From assembly GCA_015680685.1 (NCBI GenBank), contig MNCI01002045.1:281249-345248 (forward strand): a DNA stretch of 64,000 bases, in the 5' to 3' direction. Under the pieces are notes generated by a model. The model ran no database searches. It saw only the letters and a list, made by a program, of their open reading frames with translations, and was not told the DNA's origin. This document shows, piece by piece, positions 13,791-27,323 of the stretch. Made by a program: the position numbers and the translations under genes. Source of the DNA: Gnetum montanum. Taxonomy: Eukaryota; Plantae; Gnetophyta. Within the stretch, counting starts at the first letter, position 1. Each line of letters starts with the position of its first letter.

Positions 13791-15747
13791 GTTCAAAACG
13801 TGTCCACCTCACATAATGACTTTAGGATGTATGAGTTTACTTATGTCATCATATGGAATTACCTTAGGCCTGGCTTTTCTTTAGGTTGATGGACCTTAAA
13901 TGTATAGCCTAGCATCCAATAAACTAAGTTTCATGCTATTATACGTATTATTTTTATTATTATTTTCTAGAATGGTTGGAGGTGGCTATTTATGTTATTG
14001 CCCCAAGTAGTGTTCCATTTTAAATTACCCTCTAATCCTTTTTTTCTTTTGCCCCTTGCTAATAAACATAACTCATTATTGATATAAACACTTTCCCTTT
14101 TTATCTACCCCTTCAAACTTTATAATCTATTCATTTGCATAACTATAATCAATAGATGTGTTATCCCTCCCAACAACTAGTCATCTTGGATGAGTCAATT
14201 AATTTGCATGGTCATTAACTTGAGACGTTGTAAAAGACTCTTGCCTAATTAGCATACTTGTGCTTCACAAGAACCTTTCAATTAGATCACAAGTTGAACC
14301 CCACAAGAATCCCCTTTTGGAAGTTGACCCATGTGCTCCTACAAGAACCATGTAGTTGGGGTGGTGCTAAAAATTTACATCTTATGATGCACCCCACAAG
14401 GACTCCCTTCTAGAAGCCAAGCCACAAACTTCCATAAGAACCTCATTTAGTGGTAGGAGCAACAGTTGCTCTATAGTTCAAAAGAAAAAGTAACTAATCC
14501 CCATAATAAATACACCACTTCATGAGCAAAGTTGGACATTACTTTTTAACCATCTAGAACATCTTTCTTGACATATGAGACATGGTCATCCTTAGTAATA
14601 TATCCATCCATGAAAATTGCTACCTAGTAGGATTGGAAAGGACTCAACCCATCCTATTGGGCATAAACACTAAATCCTCATATTTTTCTTGGAAGGCATG
14701 ATAAATTGCAAGTGGATAAGTCCATCACTTATCATTATCAGCAATCTTCATTAATAATGTTACATTAATACTCATAGACAATACTTTGTGAAATTGCCTA
14801 AATAGTTCAAACCTCTGCTCTTTTTGATTTAGTACTATTATTATTATTATTATCCACTACTTGATACTTAGTTTTTTCCAATTCTAATCTTGTTAATAAA
14901 TTCCAAACTGCCAAGAGTCTACTTTGTGATTAGGAAGGATGAGTAAGTTGATAATTGTCCAATAAGTGTAAGTTTCCTTCCCAGGAACTTTGGTTTCCTC
15001 ACATACTTTAGAAATAATAATAAGAAGAAGAAACTTGAAATTAATAACTTGTTACTACTAGTTACAATGTAGGTACCTATAGCGATTGATCATTAGACAT
15101 TCATTCTAAGATGCTAGTAGCAACACTCTAGTTTTCAAAAATGGATATAATTTACCAAAATTGATACATATACTAGGGTAGCAACTACTAGCACAACAGA
15201 TTTCAGAAATTAAACTCTATAAACCATTGCTACAAGTTTCCACACAGGAGTTCATAGCGACTAGCTAGTATAACTATCTAACAATCCGATAGACAATCAT
15301 CAAGCATCCTAGCTACAGGAATGGGTAGTGGCCAAGATTCAGTATGAAACAAAAAATTTAACAACAAACATTTAGCCCAAATAATCATGTTCAGAATAGG
15401 TGACGAGATAAGCATAGGAAGTCATGGTTGCTAAAGAAAACATTACTTAATTAGCTCTCACAATGCCTTGATTCCAGGTATGGGTTTTTCATGTGCTTGT
15501 TCTTTTCTCCTTTCAATTGAATACAATGTACTTAGTAATAGTGATTTCTCATAGAGATCTAGGATAGGCAATGCATTTGGGAATTCTAGAATCATTCCCC
15601 TAGGAAAAAACACAGACTAAGCTTAGGTTAGAATAGAGAAGGACCATCATAGAAAGTGTCATGACCTACCATGAAGTAGATTTCGATGATTTGTTTGAAT
15701 TAACCAATCCTGAAATCCTTGTGTTATTGTCTGAATAGGGACTATCT

Positions 15748-16542
15748 TTGCTGATTGCTCCTACCAGTAAACAGTACGTCATTGGTGAATTTCACCAATT
15801 CTGGCTAACAATGACAGGAGGTGAAAATAAAGAAATACTAGTAAAAAGTGCTCCAAAACCACTGCCGCTTAAAGTGTCGGTTGGAGGCCGTTACCGGACA
15901 TTCACAGAGCTGGATATTTTGATAACCTTGGGATCATTAGCCAAGGGTGAATGCTGGTACGTGGCTAGCACTTCACCAAAAGAGAAAGTGATAATTTACC
16001 AGCAATTCGCCAACACTCCAAACTATAGTTCCCTCACACACAAGGACACCGTTCCACCTGAATGGCAATTGTTGCGTCGCATGATGATTACAAACTTGAC
16101 GTGATCCACTCACACCTGCCATGTGCTTCGTCATAGCCATTCAAGAGAAATAGCCTGTAAACTTTACTTTTTTTTTTATGCAATTTCTGTAGTGCCACTT
16201 GCACATTAAGAATCTGGCTAGGAAGAGCCAGCAAGTGCAGCTGTACTTTCCATTTGCAGTCCATGCCTTGTTGCTCTACAAGGAACTTCTTGTTCCAGAT
16301 AGAGTAGAAATTTGGGAGATCCAGTGAGAGCCAGTGGGCCATCTAACTTACCTTGGCATTACTCCTACTATGATGCATCCCCTGTCGACCCCTGCTTCGT
16401 ACATGATGGAGCAAGGATCAAGATCAACATTCTTTGGCAGTACTGTTTTGCAGTAGACCTTAGTGCAAAGCTTGCAGGCTGTCATAGGCCTATGAGAGGA
16501 GCTTCAGAGAGGACAAGAGGAGAACAGAACCCTCCTGGATGA
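15748..16542 (+). pseudogene. Degenerate extra (env-like/accessory) ORF 3' of pol in the Athila-type element
   Basis: Coding-like ORFs 15748-16104 and 16312-16542 sit between INT and the 3' LTR, the usual position of the Athila extra ORF. Family identity not confirmed. Confidence 0.55.
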
Positions 16543-16878
16543 CATGAATACTAGACTAAGAGCTCTAGAGAAACTGGCACAACAACCTAGTGAGGACAAC
16601 ACTTCCTCATAGAATGATGAGGATGATGGTGGACCTTCCCATGCAATCTTTGAGTCAGGAAGTAGTAGTGACTGAGGACCCATGCCAGATTGATCCTTGT
16701 AAAATTAGCTAGGCTTAAGAGTTAATAAAATAAGTTTTGAATAATATAAATCTTATAGTTTTTAACTATATTTATTTACTACTATTGTTTGCACTATTAG
16801 AATTGGATCATAATTATATGGATTGCATTCTAGATTGCTTAGGTTACCTAGGATAGGAAACCCACTAGCTGAAGGCTA

Positions 16879-17920
16879 TGATAAAGATTAAAATTAGTAA
16901 TGTCTAAGATACATGAACTATCATATTACGATGATTTCCACATTAATTTATTGCATAAGAATCATACTTCAAGTTGGTTTATCTTAGTGAGGAAATTTCT
17001 AGAAACTAATATTTTATCTCAATATTTTATAGGTTGTTACCTATTTCTACCTGAACTACAACCAATGACACATGTATTATACATCATTCAAAAGTAGCTA
17101 ATTCTAGATCTAGCTAAGAGTAGTGACTAGCATATTTCAAGCACAAATAAAGATGCCTATACCAAGAACCAAACAGTGAGAGATTGCCAGAGCCAAAAAC
17201 GAATGTTATACTTGTCTCTATTTGCATTTTGGGTAGCTATAGATAGTGACAAGATATTTTTGTCATTTTGGTCTATTTTATGAGGTTGTTACCTACACCT
17301 AGCAAACTACTAGTAATGACCAACTAATTGCATATAATTTTCCATATTTATTACCTATCACTACTTGATCTTGCAAAAAGAACTGGTTGTGACTGATTAT
17401 AAATTCATGCTTTAAGCATATGCTTGGTGACTTTTGGGCTTCTAATGATCATTCACTAAGGATCTATAACTTATGCTACCTTCTACATTCATTCTGGCTA
17501 TTGTTGTATTGGATTAGACACTATTCGAGATTGAGGCTCCAACCTATGGATGTTCCACTAGCACTGTCATCTGGGCACTCTTTGTTCAAGGATTTAAGGT
17601 GTGAGTCCTTGGTTTGTGTATGTGGTGTAGTCCCCTTATTGCTTTCATGGGTATGTAATGTGATCTTGGTTGATGCATTTGATAAACAAATTGTGCTATC
17701 ATGTTCATATTGTAAGGTTAGTAGGTGACATCTACTAATTGGGAAGTGTTGGGATCTAGATTAAGACATTAGAAAATTCTAATTATCCATTATTTTATCT
17801 CTACATTGTGCATTGTTTATTCTACCCTTGGTTGTATGGATATGACTAGTCGATCTATCACAAATGAGGTGACATCCTACAACATCCGATGAACAAAATC
17901 GATCTAGATTACACTTATCA
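16879..17920 (+). repeat. 3' LTR of the Athila-type element (5' boundary approximate)
   Basis: Starts TGATAAAG after a degenerate PPT region and ends ACACTTATCA. Homologous to 518-1373. Confidence 0.7.
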
Positions 17921-19472
17921 CTAACTCCTACCTCTTTTATGAGGTGAAGTTCAAGCTCCATAAAGAGACAAAATAAAAGTTGGAAGTAGTCGGAGCTTGA
18001 AGTTCTTAAGAGCAAGTTCATATATAAAAGATTAGTTGCAAAGAACCTATCTAGGAGAATGAATGATTATTAGAAGCTATGAAACCTTGTTCATACATTC
18101 AACATCAAACATAAATAGTTTGCAACCTACTTTGTTAACATGAAGGAGATGTTTCTAACATTACCCTACCCATGGAATATACCAATACCAACTCATCTAG
18201 GTGAAGCCTCTTGGATTGTCCATAATCCACAAGGTAAGGAGGAGAAAATAAATGTACTGTTGGATGCCTTCCAATTTTAGGCAACAATAAGGCAGCCTAG
18301 ATCTCTAAGTAGAGCATGGACGTGATGAAGGACCCTTCATGTCATAACAGCCTTCACCTCTAGGCATAATGTAAAGATCTCATTCCATTGAACTACATCT
18401 AATAGACAACTAAAATTTTTATCAAATTGTCCAAATTCCTTGTACCTTATACAATCTTTTGTAACCATACAAATAATATGTAAAAATGATGCTAATAGAT
18501 GTCTATTTGTTGTAGTTAGTCTATCAATTTCATGTTTCCCAAATTTTGTAAACAACTCAGTCTCATTTTAATTGTTCACTTCAAGATGAGTTTTTAGTTA
18601 GTCATGGAGGCATGATAAAGTTTAAATAAGTTGGCTATGTTGATGCATGCTCATCAACACAACCTCATCGATATATCCTTGGATATGTTGGTGCATATGC
18701 ATCAACGTTGATCCTCCTTAAGCCTACGTAAATGTACACATTAACCACATTTATGGCACCTTTGGTCATTCCTCTAGTGAAGCTCTTGTAGTTTTCTTTC
18801 GTAAGACACAGCAAAATTTTTTTGAATTAATTGCATGAAGTTATATTCAAGTGCAAGATATACCTAGATACTTCTGCATGATCAAAGTAAAATCAAGATT
18901 TCTTATCTCCATTGCAACACTTGGATTAGCATTCAATTTACTTAGAGCACTTTACTTTATATGTACTTTACTTTCCTACACTTAAGAATATAATATTTTA
19001 TTTCATAGTAAAATGATCACGTCTTCTTCAAGCATAATATACTAACACTTGGTAATCCCAATAGTGAGTACTTGCTACACCCAAAAGTAAACACATAATA
19101 ACCCAGTGGCATTAGCATAAGTTTAGGATGTGTAAGTAAAATGGAAACAAATACTTTACATATAGGATAATTTAGCATACCTTTAACTCCATTGGTTAGT
19201 TAAATTTTAATATTTCAATTACTTTAATTCTTAATCCATTTAATATTAAAAATAATAAACTTATAAATACAAATATCTTACACCCCAATCACACTTAGCC
19301 ATACAAACAAAACTAACACAAGTGATGATTGGAAAGACAATGATCAATAACCTCATGTTTGACTATCTAGGATAAAAGCCACTTCCATAGAAGAGTCTAT
19401 AAAGTTTGACTAGATTGCACATACACACTTTGGATTCATATGGTTAGGCAAGGGACTACTCACTGCTCATCA
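17921..19472 (+). mobile_element. 3' end (3' region + PPT + LTR 18613-19472) of an older family-A-related element
   Basis: TTCAAGATGAGTTTTTAGTTAGTCATGGAGGCA|TGATAAAG resembles the family A PPT context (CTCGAGGACGAGTTTTCATTCAGTCGTGGGGGTA|TGATGAG). The LTR ends ...CACTGCTCATCA like family A. Confidence 0.7.
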
Positions 19473-20489
19473 CTTATCTATAATAATGAAGTAATCACAC
19501 TTGTACAACAAATTTAATATGAGGTTTTACAAAATCTCAGGGACCTGTAATGAAAATATTTCAAATATAATAAAAAATTTCCTAAGTGAGTCTTAGAGAT
19601 GCTTCTCATTTAGTTTGAAACTAATAATATCCCCATGTGCATTATTGTTGAATATTTGGTTTGGATACATTTTGGCTTTGGAATTTGAAAAAGTACTCAT
19701 GACAATTTTGATATAAATTTGACATTGAGTGCAGTGCATGCTAGCCTCCTTGTTTGTGGTGATAGTTAGAGTTAGAAAATCATGGTATTGGTAATATTTG
19801 ATTGTATTTTTTTTATTTAGATGTTCTTGAGGTAACATGTTTTGTAAGATAGCCATGCTTACTCTAGCTCCCATGAGATCTACCAATTCTTTAGTTGGAG
19901 ATGGTGCTAAGGTTCCTCACTCAATTTTATATTTAGAATCCATTTTTATTATAGGTTGATCAAATTGGATGGATATTGGAGATTTTGGATAGTTTGCTTA
20001 GTTATTCCTAGTGTGATTTATGATATTATACTTCTAGTTTTAAGTTTGAGTATTCAAGTATTAGAAATTTCAGCATTGTGTTAGACATTATTTTTTCTAT
20101 TTTCAACTTTTGGATGTATGGGTTTTTTATGGATTAGACCTTTGATATTATGCTAAGCATTTATTTATGATAAGTTAGATTATAGTTTATTTAATTATTT
20201 TATTCTTTACAATAATTTTTGGTAGATGATTTATATTATTTTGTATCTAGTTATATTAATTTTTCACCATATATGTTTAACTTAAATTTATATTTATGTA
20301 TTTTCTTTCTTCTACTGTTTAGTTCTATCTATTTTCTTGGGTCATGACTTCATGCGAAGTTTCTTTTACTTTCTTTCCCTGCATAGTTAGTTCATTATAT
20401 TGCTTCTTATCATGGCCAATTGTTCATTAGGTGTTTTACCCAACCTATTGCTCTTCAACCTAAGGTTTGGGAAGGAAGGCGTTACAAGC

Positions 20490-20501
20490 TAGTATCAGAG
20501 C
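20490..20501 (+). promoter_or_regulatory. PBS (tRNA-iMet)
   Basis: TAGTATCAGAGC compared with TGGTATCAGAGC, just after the LTR end GTTACA (20486). Confidence 0.85.
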
Positions 20502-22961
20502 ATAGGTTTTGCTAATTTCTTCATTATGCTACTATCTCCAAAGATGGCAAGTGTTAGAAGATGTGGTTTGCTATTAGTGTGGATGTTTGGCCTAGCAACC
20601 CAATACCAATACTTAATCCTGTTCTTGATCGAATGGAGAAGTCATTGATAGATTTTTAAGTAAAACCTATCATTCAAGTTCCTACCCCCATATAGGAGAA
20701 GGAGATCAACTAAACATATATTAACCATTATCTATTTTAGTTCTCCATTAGCATATGGAGAAGAACTCTAGTTCACTGTTGGCAAAAGATGCTTTTGGGA
20801 GTGGTGCTAGTGGTAGACAACTAACAAAAAGAGCACTTATGAAACAGTTCTGTAAGCTAGGACCCCCTAATTTCTAGGGTAAGAAGAATTCTAATATTTC
20901 CACTAAATGGGCTAAATAGGTCCTTAAGATCTTCAAGTTAACAAGCTGTATTACATAGTAAACTTGTTTGGTAATTTTGTGGATCCCATAGAAGTTGGTG
21001 GACTACTTGGGAGAAGGCTTATCATTGAGGAAAGTGTGATGTTCATTGAAGTGATTTATCCAATGCTTTCAATTATCATTGCATTTCTTCAGAGTTTTAA
21101 AAAGATAAAGGCTAAGAAGTTTTGTTGTTTATACTAGGGTAATTGGACTATGACAACGTATGACTACAAGTTTTTAGAGTTAAGCATGTATGTGCCTAAC
21201 ATACATTCAAATGAAAGGTCTAGGACCAAACATTTTGTTCATGGTTTCTATGTGTTCATCAAGGACTATTTACTTTCTTTGCATCTTTAAACATATGAGG
21301 ATGCTTAACTTCATATGCTAGATCTAGAGCATAGTCAATTAGGTGAAGTAGTATGACATGATCAATCTTCTAGAAAGTCTAGTAGGTCTAAGTGGAGCTA
21401 GAGATCTAGTTTAGGTAGCCATCAGTAGAAGAGGTCTCAATAGTAGGTAATACATGATAGGACTACTCATGGGTCCATTACTTACCATGCTTATGGAAGA
21501 GTTGGACATAGTCATAGGAAATGTTCCAACTACCAAAACTATGATTAGTCACGCCTTAAGAGCTTCAACTATTTAAAGAGTTTAGAAGGTATAGGCCCTT
21601 AGTAGGATGACAAACCTACTAGTGGCTAGGATGGTACTAGGATACATGCACATGTATACTTTGACAAATCAACTAGTTGATGCTTAGCCTAACAATATGA
21701 TGGAGGCTAGAGGTATGATTTTCAATTTAGTAGTCTTGATTCTTTTTTATCATGGTGTGAACAATTCTTTCACTGATCCATGAGTATTTAAACAATTAGG
21801 TTTGGTGGACTAGTATCTTAATCAAGGACTTCTTGTTCGCTTCATTGATGGTGGTGTGCTTATTGTGGACCAAGATTGCAGGTCTATACTCTTGGTAATT
21901 GAAAATGCCATTTGGTTTATTGATCTTTACAATATAAATATAGGGAATTATGTTGTTATCTTGGGTATAGATTAGTTGTCTTATTATTAGGGTAGCTTGT
22001 ATTATTGTTGCAAGACACTCAGTGACAAATGATGGTATTCAGATGATGATGCATACTCGGCCACATAAAGTTAAGTTGGATCCTGTGTCTTCAAGATCTT
22101 CTTGTCATTTGTTAAGGAAGGATCATTCTTGCTTCACTATTTTTGTAAGTGAAATTTCCTTGTTATTTAAGACTAGTTAGATTTCCCTTGCTCATGAGTT
22201 CCTTCATGCTTTTCATTCTGAGTTACCTAGTCTACCTCTAAGGTATAATGTTGGGTTTGAAATTTCTCTCAAACCCTATGCTAAAATTATCTACAAGGTT
22301 CCAAATAATATGTCCCCTATTAAGTTAGTAGAATTGAAGATTTAACTTTAGGAGTTACTTGACAAGAGCTTCATTTATCTAAGTGTATCTCCTTAAGATG
22401 ATCCTATCCTCTTTGTAAAGAAGAAGGATGGTAGTATGTAATTGTGCATTGATTACCAAGATTTGAACTAGGTGATAGTGAAGAATAAGTACCCTTTTCC
22501 ATGTATAGATCTAAAATTAGGATATCACTAGGTCCACATCAAAGAGGAGGATGTTCTCAAGATAGCCTTCAAGACATGGTATGGGCCTTATGAGTTTTTG
22601 ATCTTACCATTTGGACTTACTAATGCTCCTGCAATGTCTATGCATCGCATGAATAATGTTATGAGACCATACTTGGACTAGTTTATTATCATGTTTAATA
22701 ATAATATTTTAGTATACTCTTTATTTGAGGAGTTGAATGAACAACATCTAAGGATCATTTTGCAAATACTTAAAGAACATTAGTTGTTTGCCCAACCTTT
22801 TTAAGTGCTCTTTTTGGTGCCAACAGATTCAATTTTTGGGGCATGTTGTTTCAAAGGCTAGTATAGTAATGGACTCTACTAAGATACTAGTTATTTAGGA
22901 TTACCCTATTTTTAAGGATATTGAACAGATTTATATTTATAGTTTTTTTGGGTTAGCAAAT

Positions 22962-24515
22962 TGTTGATGCATAAATTTTGGACATGCCAACCCTTATAGA
23001 AAAACTTTTTTAGGAGACTATCGCCTAGGGTGTCTTCCGTATGGGTATGGAAACCTAGAAATAGTCTTAGCTGAAGAGGGCTATGCGACATTTTGAAAAT
23101 AATAAACCAAGTAAAATAATTGAGAATTTAAATTAAATATTTTTTTAAAGAGGGCTATGCCATGTTTTGAAAGCCATAAACCAAGTTAAATAATTGAAAA
23201 TTTAAATTGAATATTTTTTTGGAGAGGGCTGTGTGAAGTTTTGAAATCAACAAACCAAGTAAAATAATTGAAAATTTAAATTAAATATTTTTTTTTGCAA
23301 TTTAAAGAGTACAATATGTAATCCAAAAGAAAAATTCAAATTTTCTTGGTCTTGCTGGCACTTGTGAACACTGCTGCAATGTTGCCTAGCCTAAAATCGT
23401 CGTTGGATGAGGAAAAGGGAAGATAGAAAAACGTAACAGATAGAAAACGAAACGGAGAAGAAGCCTGCAGTACTTATGTGAGCACCACCATCGCTGGACC
23501 GTCGTTTGGTGTGCCACTGCTTTGGCAAAGAAGAAAGAAACCGCTGCCTATGGGTTTCCTCTCTGCCGCCTCTAGGATTTTTATGGTTTGTCATGCTACG
23601 ATGAAATGGTGAAAGTGACAATCTCAATGTCATCAGTTATTCATGATTAACATGGCAGGCATTGGCCGATTTCATGTCAAAAGTGAGGGGTGGCGATGTG
23701 AGTTTTGATCCTAATCGAATTGTGCTCACTGCACAACGAGTTGCTCATGTTTTGCCACCCTTCTATACACGATGGGAACTATATCGGCCTTGTCTTCAGT
23801 GTTTTATGTATGATCAGTGTTTCCGTGAACTTCAGAAAGAGATATTAATAAATATATTCATAGTTTTNCTCGATTTAGAATTATGTATAGGAAATGTAGT
23901 GTATAATGTAGGAGACAAAGCAATAGGTGAATTAATCTCAATGGGATGAGACAAAGCGAAAGGTGTATCAATTCTAATGGACAAAGACTAATCTAAAGTC
24001 ATCTTTCCTGTCAAACCAAGGAAACCATACATCTCAAGAGTTGTAGGTGATGTTGAAACCAAATACATAATATGTAAGGTTGATTTAGCTAAATCCTAAC
24101 CTTCCATATGTTAAAAATAAATTGAATTTTTTATTTACATTCACTAAAACTCTCAAGATCAATCAGATCAATTTCAGGATTCTTTTTACAAATTTTCTGG
24201 GTATATATCTCAACTAACCCATTGGAATTGAACCTATGACCTAGTTTTTCCCAACTAAGACTCTTATAACCAATAGCAAAGAAGAAATGATAAAAGGGCT
24301 GTTGAAATTCATAATTTTTATTGTATTTTATTTTATTTTTACATGTGGTTGGGGACCTTGATTGAGTACATTTAGCTTTTTACATAAAATCAATATAACA
24401 TTTATTGAATTCTTATGAATTAGATTTGTGCATTTTGACTACTTTGCAACTATAATGGCCTACATGTGCATTGATCGTGGCCCCATGCCTAACATGGGCA
24501 ATGTTGACATCAACA
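22962..24515. mobile_element. Solo LTR of a different family (possibly Tat/Ogre-like) inserted in the Tekay RT connection region
   Basis: Perfect 8-bp inverted termini TGTTGATG...CATCAACA, TSD CAAAT (22957-22961 and 24516-24520). Excision restores FLGLANYYKKF. Confidence 0.9.
23075..23295. repeat. ~73-bp tandem repeat, 3 copies, inside the solo LTR
   Basis: AGAGGGCTATGC...AAACCAAGTAAAATAATTGA...AAATATTTTTT units starting ~23076, 23149 and 23223. Confidence 0.9.
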
Positions 24516-24819
24516 CAAATTATTATAAAAAATTCATGAAAAACTTCTATCACATTGCTTCAACTCTCACGAAGTTGTTCTAGAAAGATGTTGGTCTCTT
24601 ATGGGACCTATGTTGTCAGGCTACCTTTAATGAACTTACACGTAAATTAATCTCAACTCCTGTTTTGATTTCACCATTCCTAGGTAAACCATTTGACATT
24701 TATATTGATGTGTTAAGAGAGAGTTATGGGTGTGTTTTTATACAAAAGGATAAAGTGATAGCCTATGTCTCATCACAACTAAAGCCTCATGACACACACT
24801 ACCCCACTTATTACCTTGA

Positions 24820-25630
24820 TGATGAGTGGCGAGGTACCCCTACACTCAACCATACGAATACAAGCGTTTCACGTGCGATCTGGTTGAACTCCAAGGACTA
24901 AGTGCTTACACGCCCTAATGGAACACTTAAGGTTAATCAATCACTGTCTTCCCAAACTTACATGTATTGTCACGGTTGTATGGTTAAGTAAGCTTGAGGT
25001 ATATGATTTTTATGTCTTTTATCTTTTTAATGTCTTATGCTAATAGGGGAAGGGTGAAGAGACTAAGTAACTAACTTTCATTAACTATTCACTAACTAAG
25101 TTCTAATTGTCCTAGCACCAATATAAGTTCCCACTTGCTGCACACACCCTAAACTAGTGCAATGCTGTTGGGATTACCAAACACTACTCGTTACTGGGTT
25201 ACCAAGCGTTACACACATGCTTGAAGCGGTCGTACTAAATGCACTTAACTAGGAGAGTCAAGGGTTGAGAGAGACTGATTATCTAGGAAAGCATTTAAAC
25301 ATTTAACAATAATTAAATCCTATTTAGCTTAGTCCATATGCTACAAGGTTTATCAAAAAGTTCATCTTTATTGCTGTACACAAATGTGTGCTCGGGTACA
25401 ATTTGCTCGAATAAAGATCCGTTCACTTTAAGACTCCTACTGCAGGCACATGGAAATTATTCTAACTCTGGAATGGTAAAACTGCTATAGTTTGGCTATG
25501 GTCTAAGTCTAAGTGTCTAGAACAGGGAAAGCCGCCTTTTATTTATAGACATTGCAGCAAGCTGCGATATCACGTACACAATATCGTAGGGGCAGACGTG
25601 ATGTCACAGATGCGATATCACAGCTCATCA
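24820..25630 (-). mobile_element. Solo LTR, family A (subtype 1), inserted in the Tekay RNase H
   Basis: TGATGAG...CTCATCA termini, TSD CTTGA (24815-24819 and 25631-25635). Reverse-complement match to 1823-2635. Confidence 0.95.
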
Positions 25631-27323
25631 CTTGAGTTAGAAGCAGTAGTATTTACCTTGAAGGTTTGGGACTACTACTTGTTTAGTGAGTATTTGATGA
25701 TTTAGATGGATCACAAGGGATTATAGTATTTGATGAATTGCCACAATTAAACCTAAATTAGAGGAGGTAGGTTGAGCTATTGGACAATTTTGATTTTACC
25801 ATCTAGTATCATATGGACAAAAGTAATGTTGTTACAAGTGCCTTGACTCATGTGGTTGGTAAGATCCATAGTTTGATAATCCAATATGATGTGATTAGTG
25901 AGATCCATGCAGAGTAGTAGTGTGATCCTTTGTCTGAGAAACTTAAATGATCTAATAATTCTATTGTGATAGTTGATACACTTAGGTTGCTTTGTTGTAA
26001 GAATCGAGTTTGTGTACCTGAGTCCTTGTGGTAGCATTTCTTGGAGAAATCTTGTCTCAATAGGCTTTAAATACATCTAGACAACAACAAGATGTACCAG
26101 ATGTTAAAGAGGTTATACCAATGTTTATGAATGAAGAATCAAGTTGGAGAATTTATGGCTAGATGTCTAATCTATTAGTAGGTTAAACTTAAGCATCAAT
26201 GACTAGGTGGCTACTTGTACCATCATACTATCTAGAGTGAAAGTGAAAGTCATAAATATGGATTATATTTCTGGTTTACCTCACATTAGGGTTGGAAGGA
26301 GGCTATCCTTGTTGTTGTTGATCTATTGATCAAGTTAGCTTATTTCCTTGCTACGAAGACTTCGGCCAATGCAAAGGATGTTGTGTAGTTATTCATAACT
26401 GAGATTGTACAATGGCATGACATTCCTACAAAGATTATCTCAGATCATGATGCCAATTTTACTTCTTGATTTTGGCACACATTCATAGATAGCCTAGGTA
26501 CTTAGCTGAGTATGCGTTTGACCTATCATCCACAAAATAATGGTCAAGTTGAGAGACCCAACTAGGTGTTAGAAAACATGCTTCGGTCTTATGCCTTGCA
26601 GTTTTTAGATAGCTTGGATAACCTATTACCATTGGCAAATTTTACCTATAATAATAGATATCAAATGAGTCTAAAGGGAGCACCATACAAAGTTTTGTAT
26701 GGGAGGTCTTGCAGGAATTCCTTGTGTTGGGATGCAATTGAAGATAGATAGTGGATTAGTTCATATGTTCTATTGAGAATGAATGAGTAGATTAGAAAGA
26801 TTCATGAGTAGCTTAAAGTAGTTCAAGATTGTGAGGCAAGCCACACAAACTATAGGATGAGACCTCTTGAGTTTGCATTTGATGACAAGATATTTGTTCA
26901 CATCTCTTCACCAAAGAGCTTGATGCATTTTGATTAGAAAGGTAAGCTTGCACCTTATTACATTGGGCCATTTAATATTCTTCAACGCATAGGAGAGGTG
27001 GCATATCATGTTGGTTTGCCTCAATATTTTTTGAGTATGCATGATATGTTTCATGTCTTTATGTTATGAAAATATGTTCCTGATCATAGTTATGTTGCTA
27101 ATTAGACTATGGTGTAGCTTCAAGCTAATGCCTCATACGTGGAGCATCCTGTTAGGATGATGGATAGGATGGAGCATCAATTACATAGCAAAATAGTACC
27201 CATGGTGAAGGTATTGTGAGGCCATCATGGTTCTTAAGAGGCTACTTGGGATCTTAAGTCAAAATTACATTCTTCTCATCTTGAGATCTTCTAGAAGAAA
27301 GATTCTTATGGAGGGGTGAAGGA

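Larger units (their letters stand above)
518..17920 (+). mobile_element. Old Athila-type Ty3/gypsy LTR retrotransposon (degenerate, with nested insertions)
   Basis: LTR homology between 518-1373 and ~17065-17920, ending ACACTCATCA and ACACTTATCA. Degenerate tRNA-Asp PBS at 1377. Domain order gag-PR-RT-RH-INT, then a long 3' region with an extra ORF. Confidence 0.85.
20544..27294 (+). pseudogene. Degenerate gag-pol with chromodomain (Tekay/Del)
   Basis: [28 protein letters not shown]; RH YPTYYLELEAVVF; INT LENMLRSYAL..YGRSCR, YIGPF; chromodomain VEHPVRMMDR..VKVL..EATW. Confidence 0.9.
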
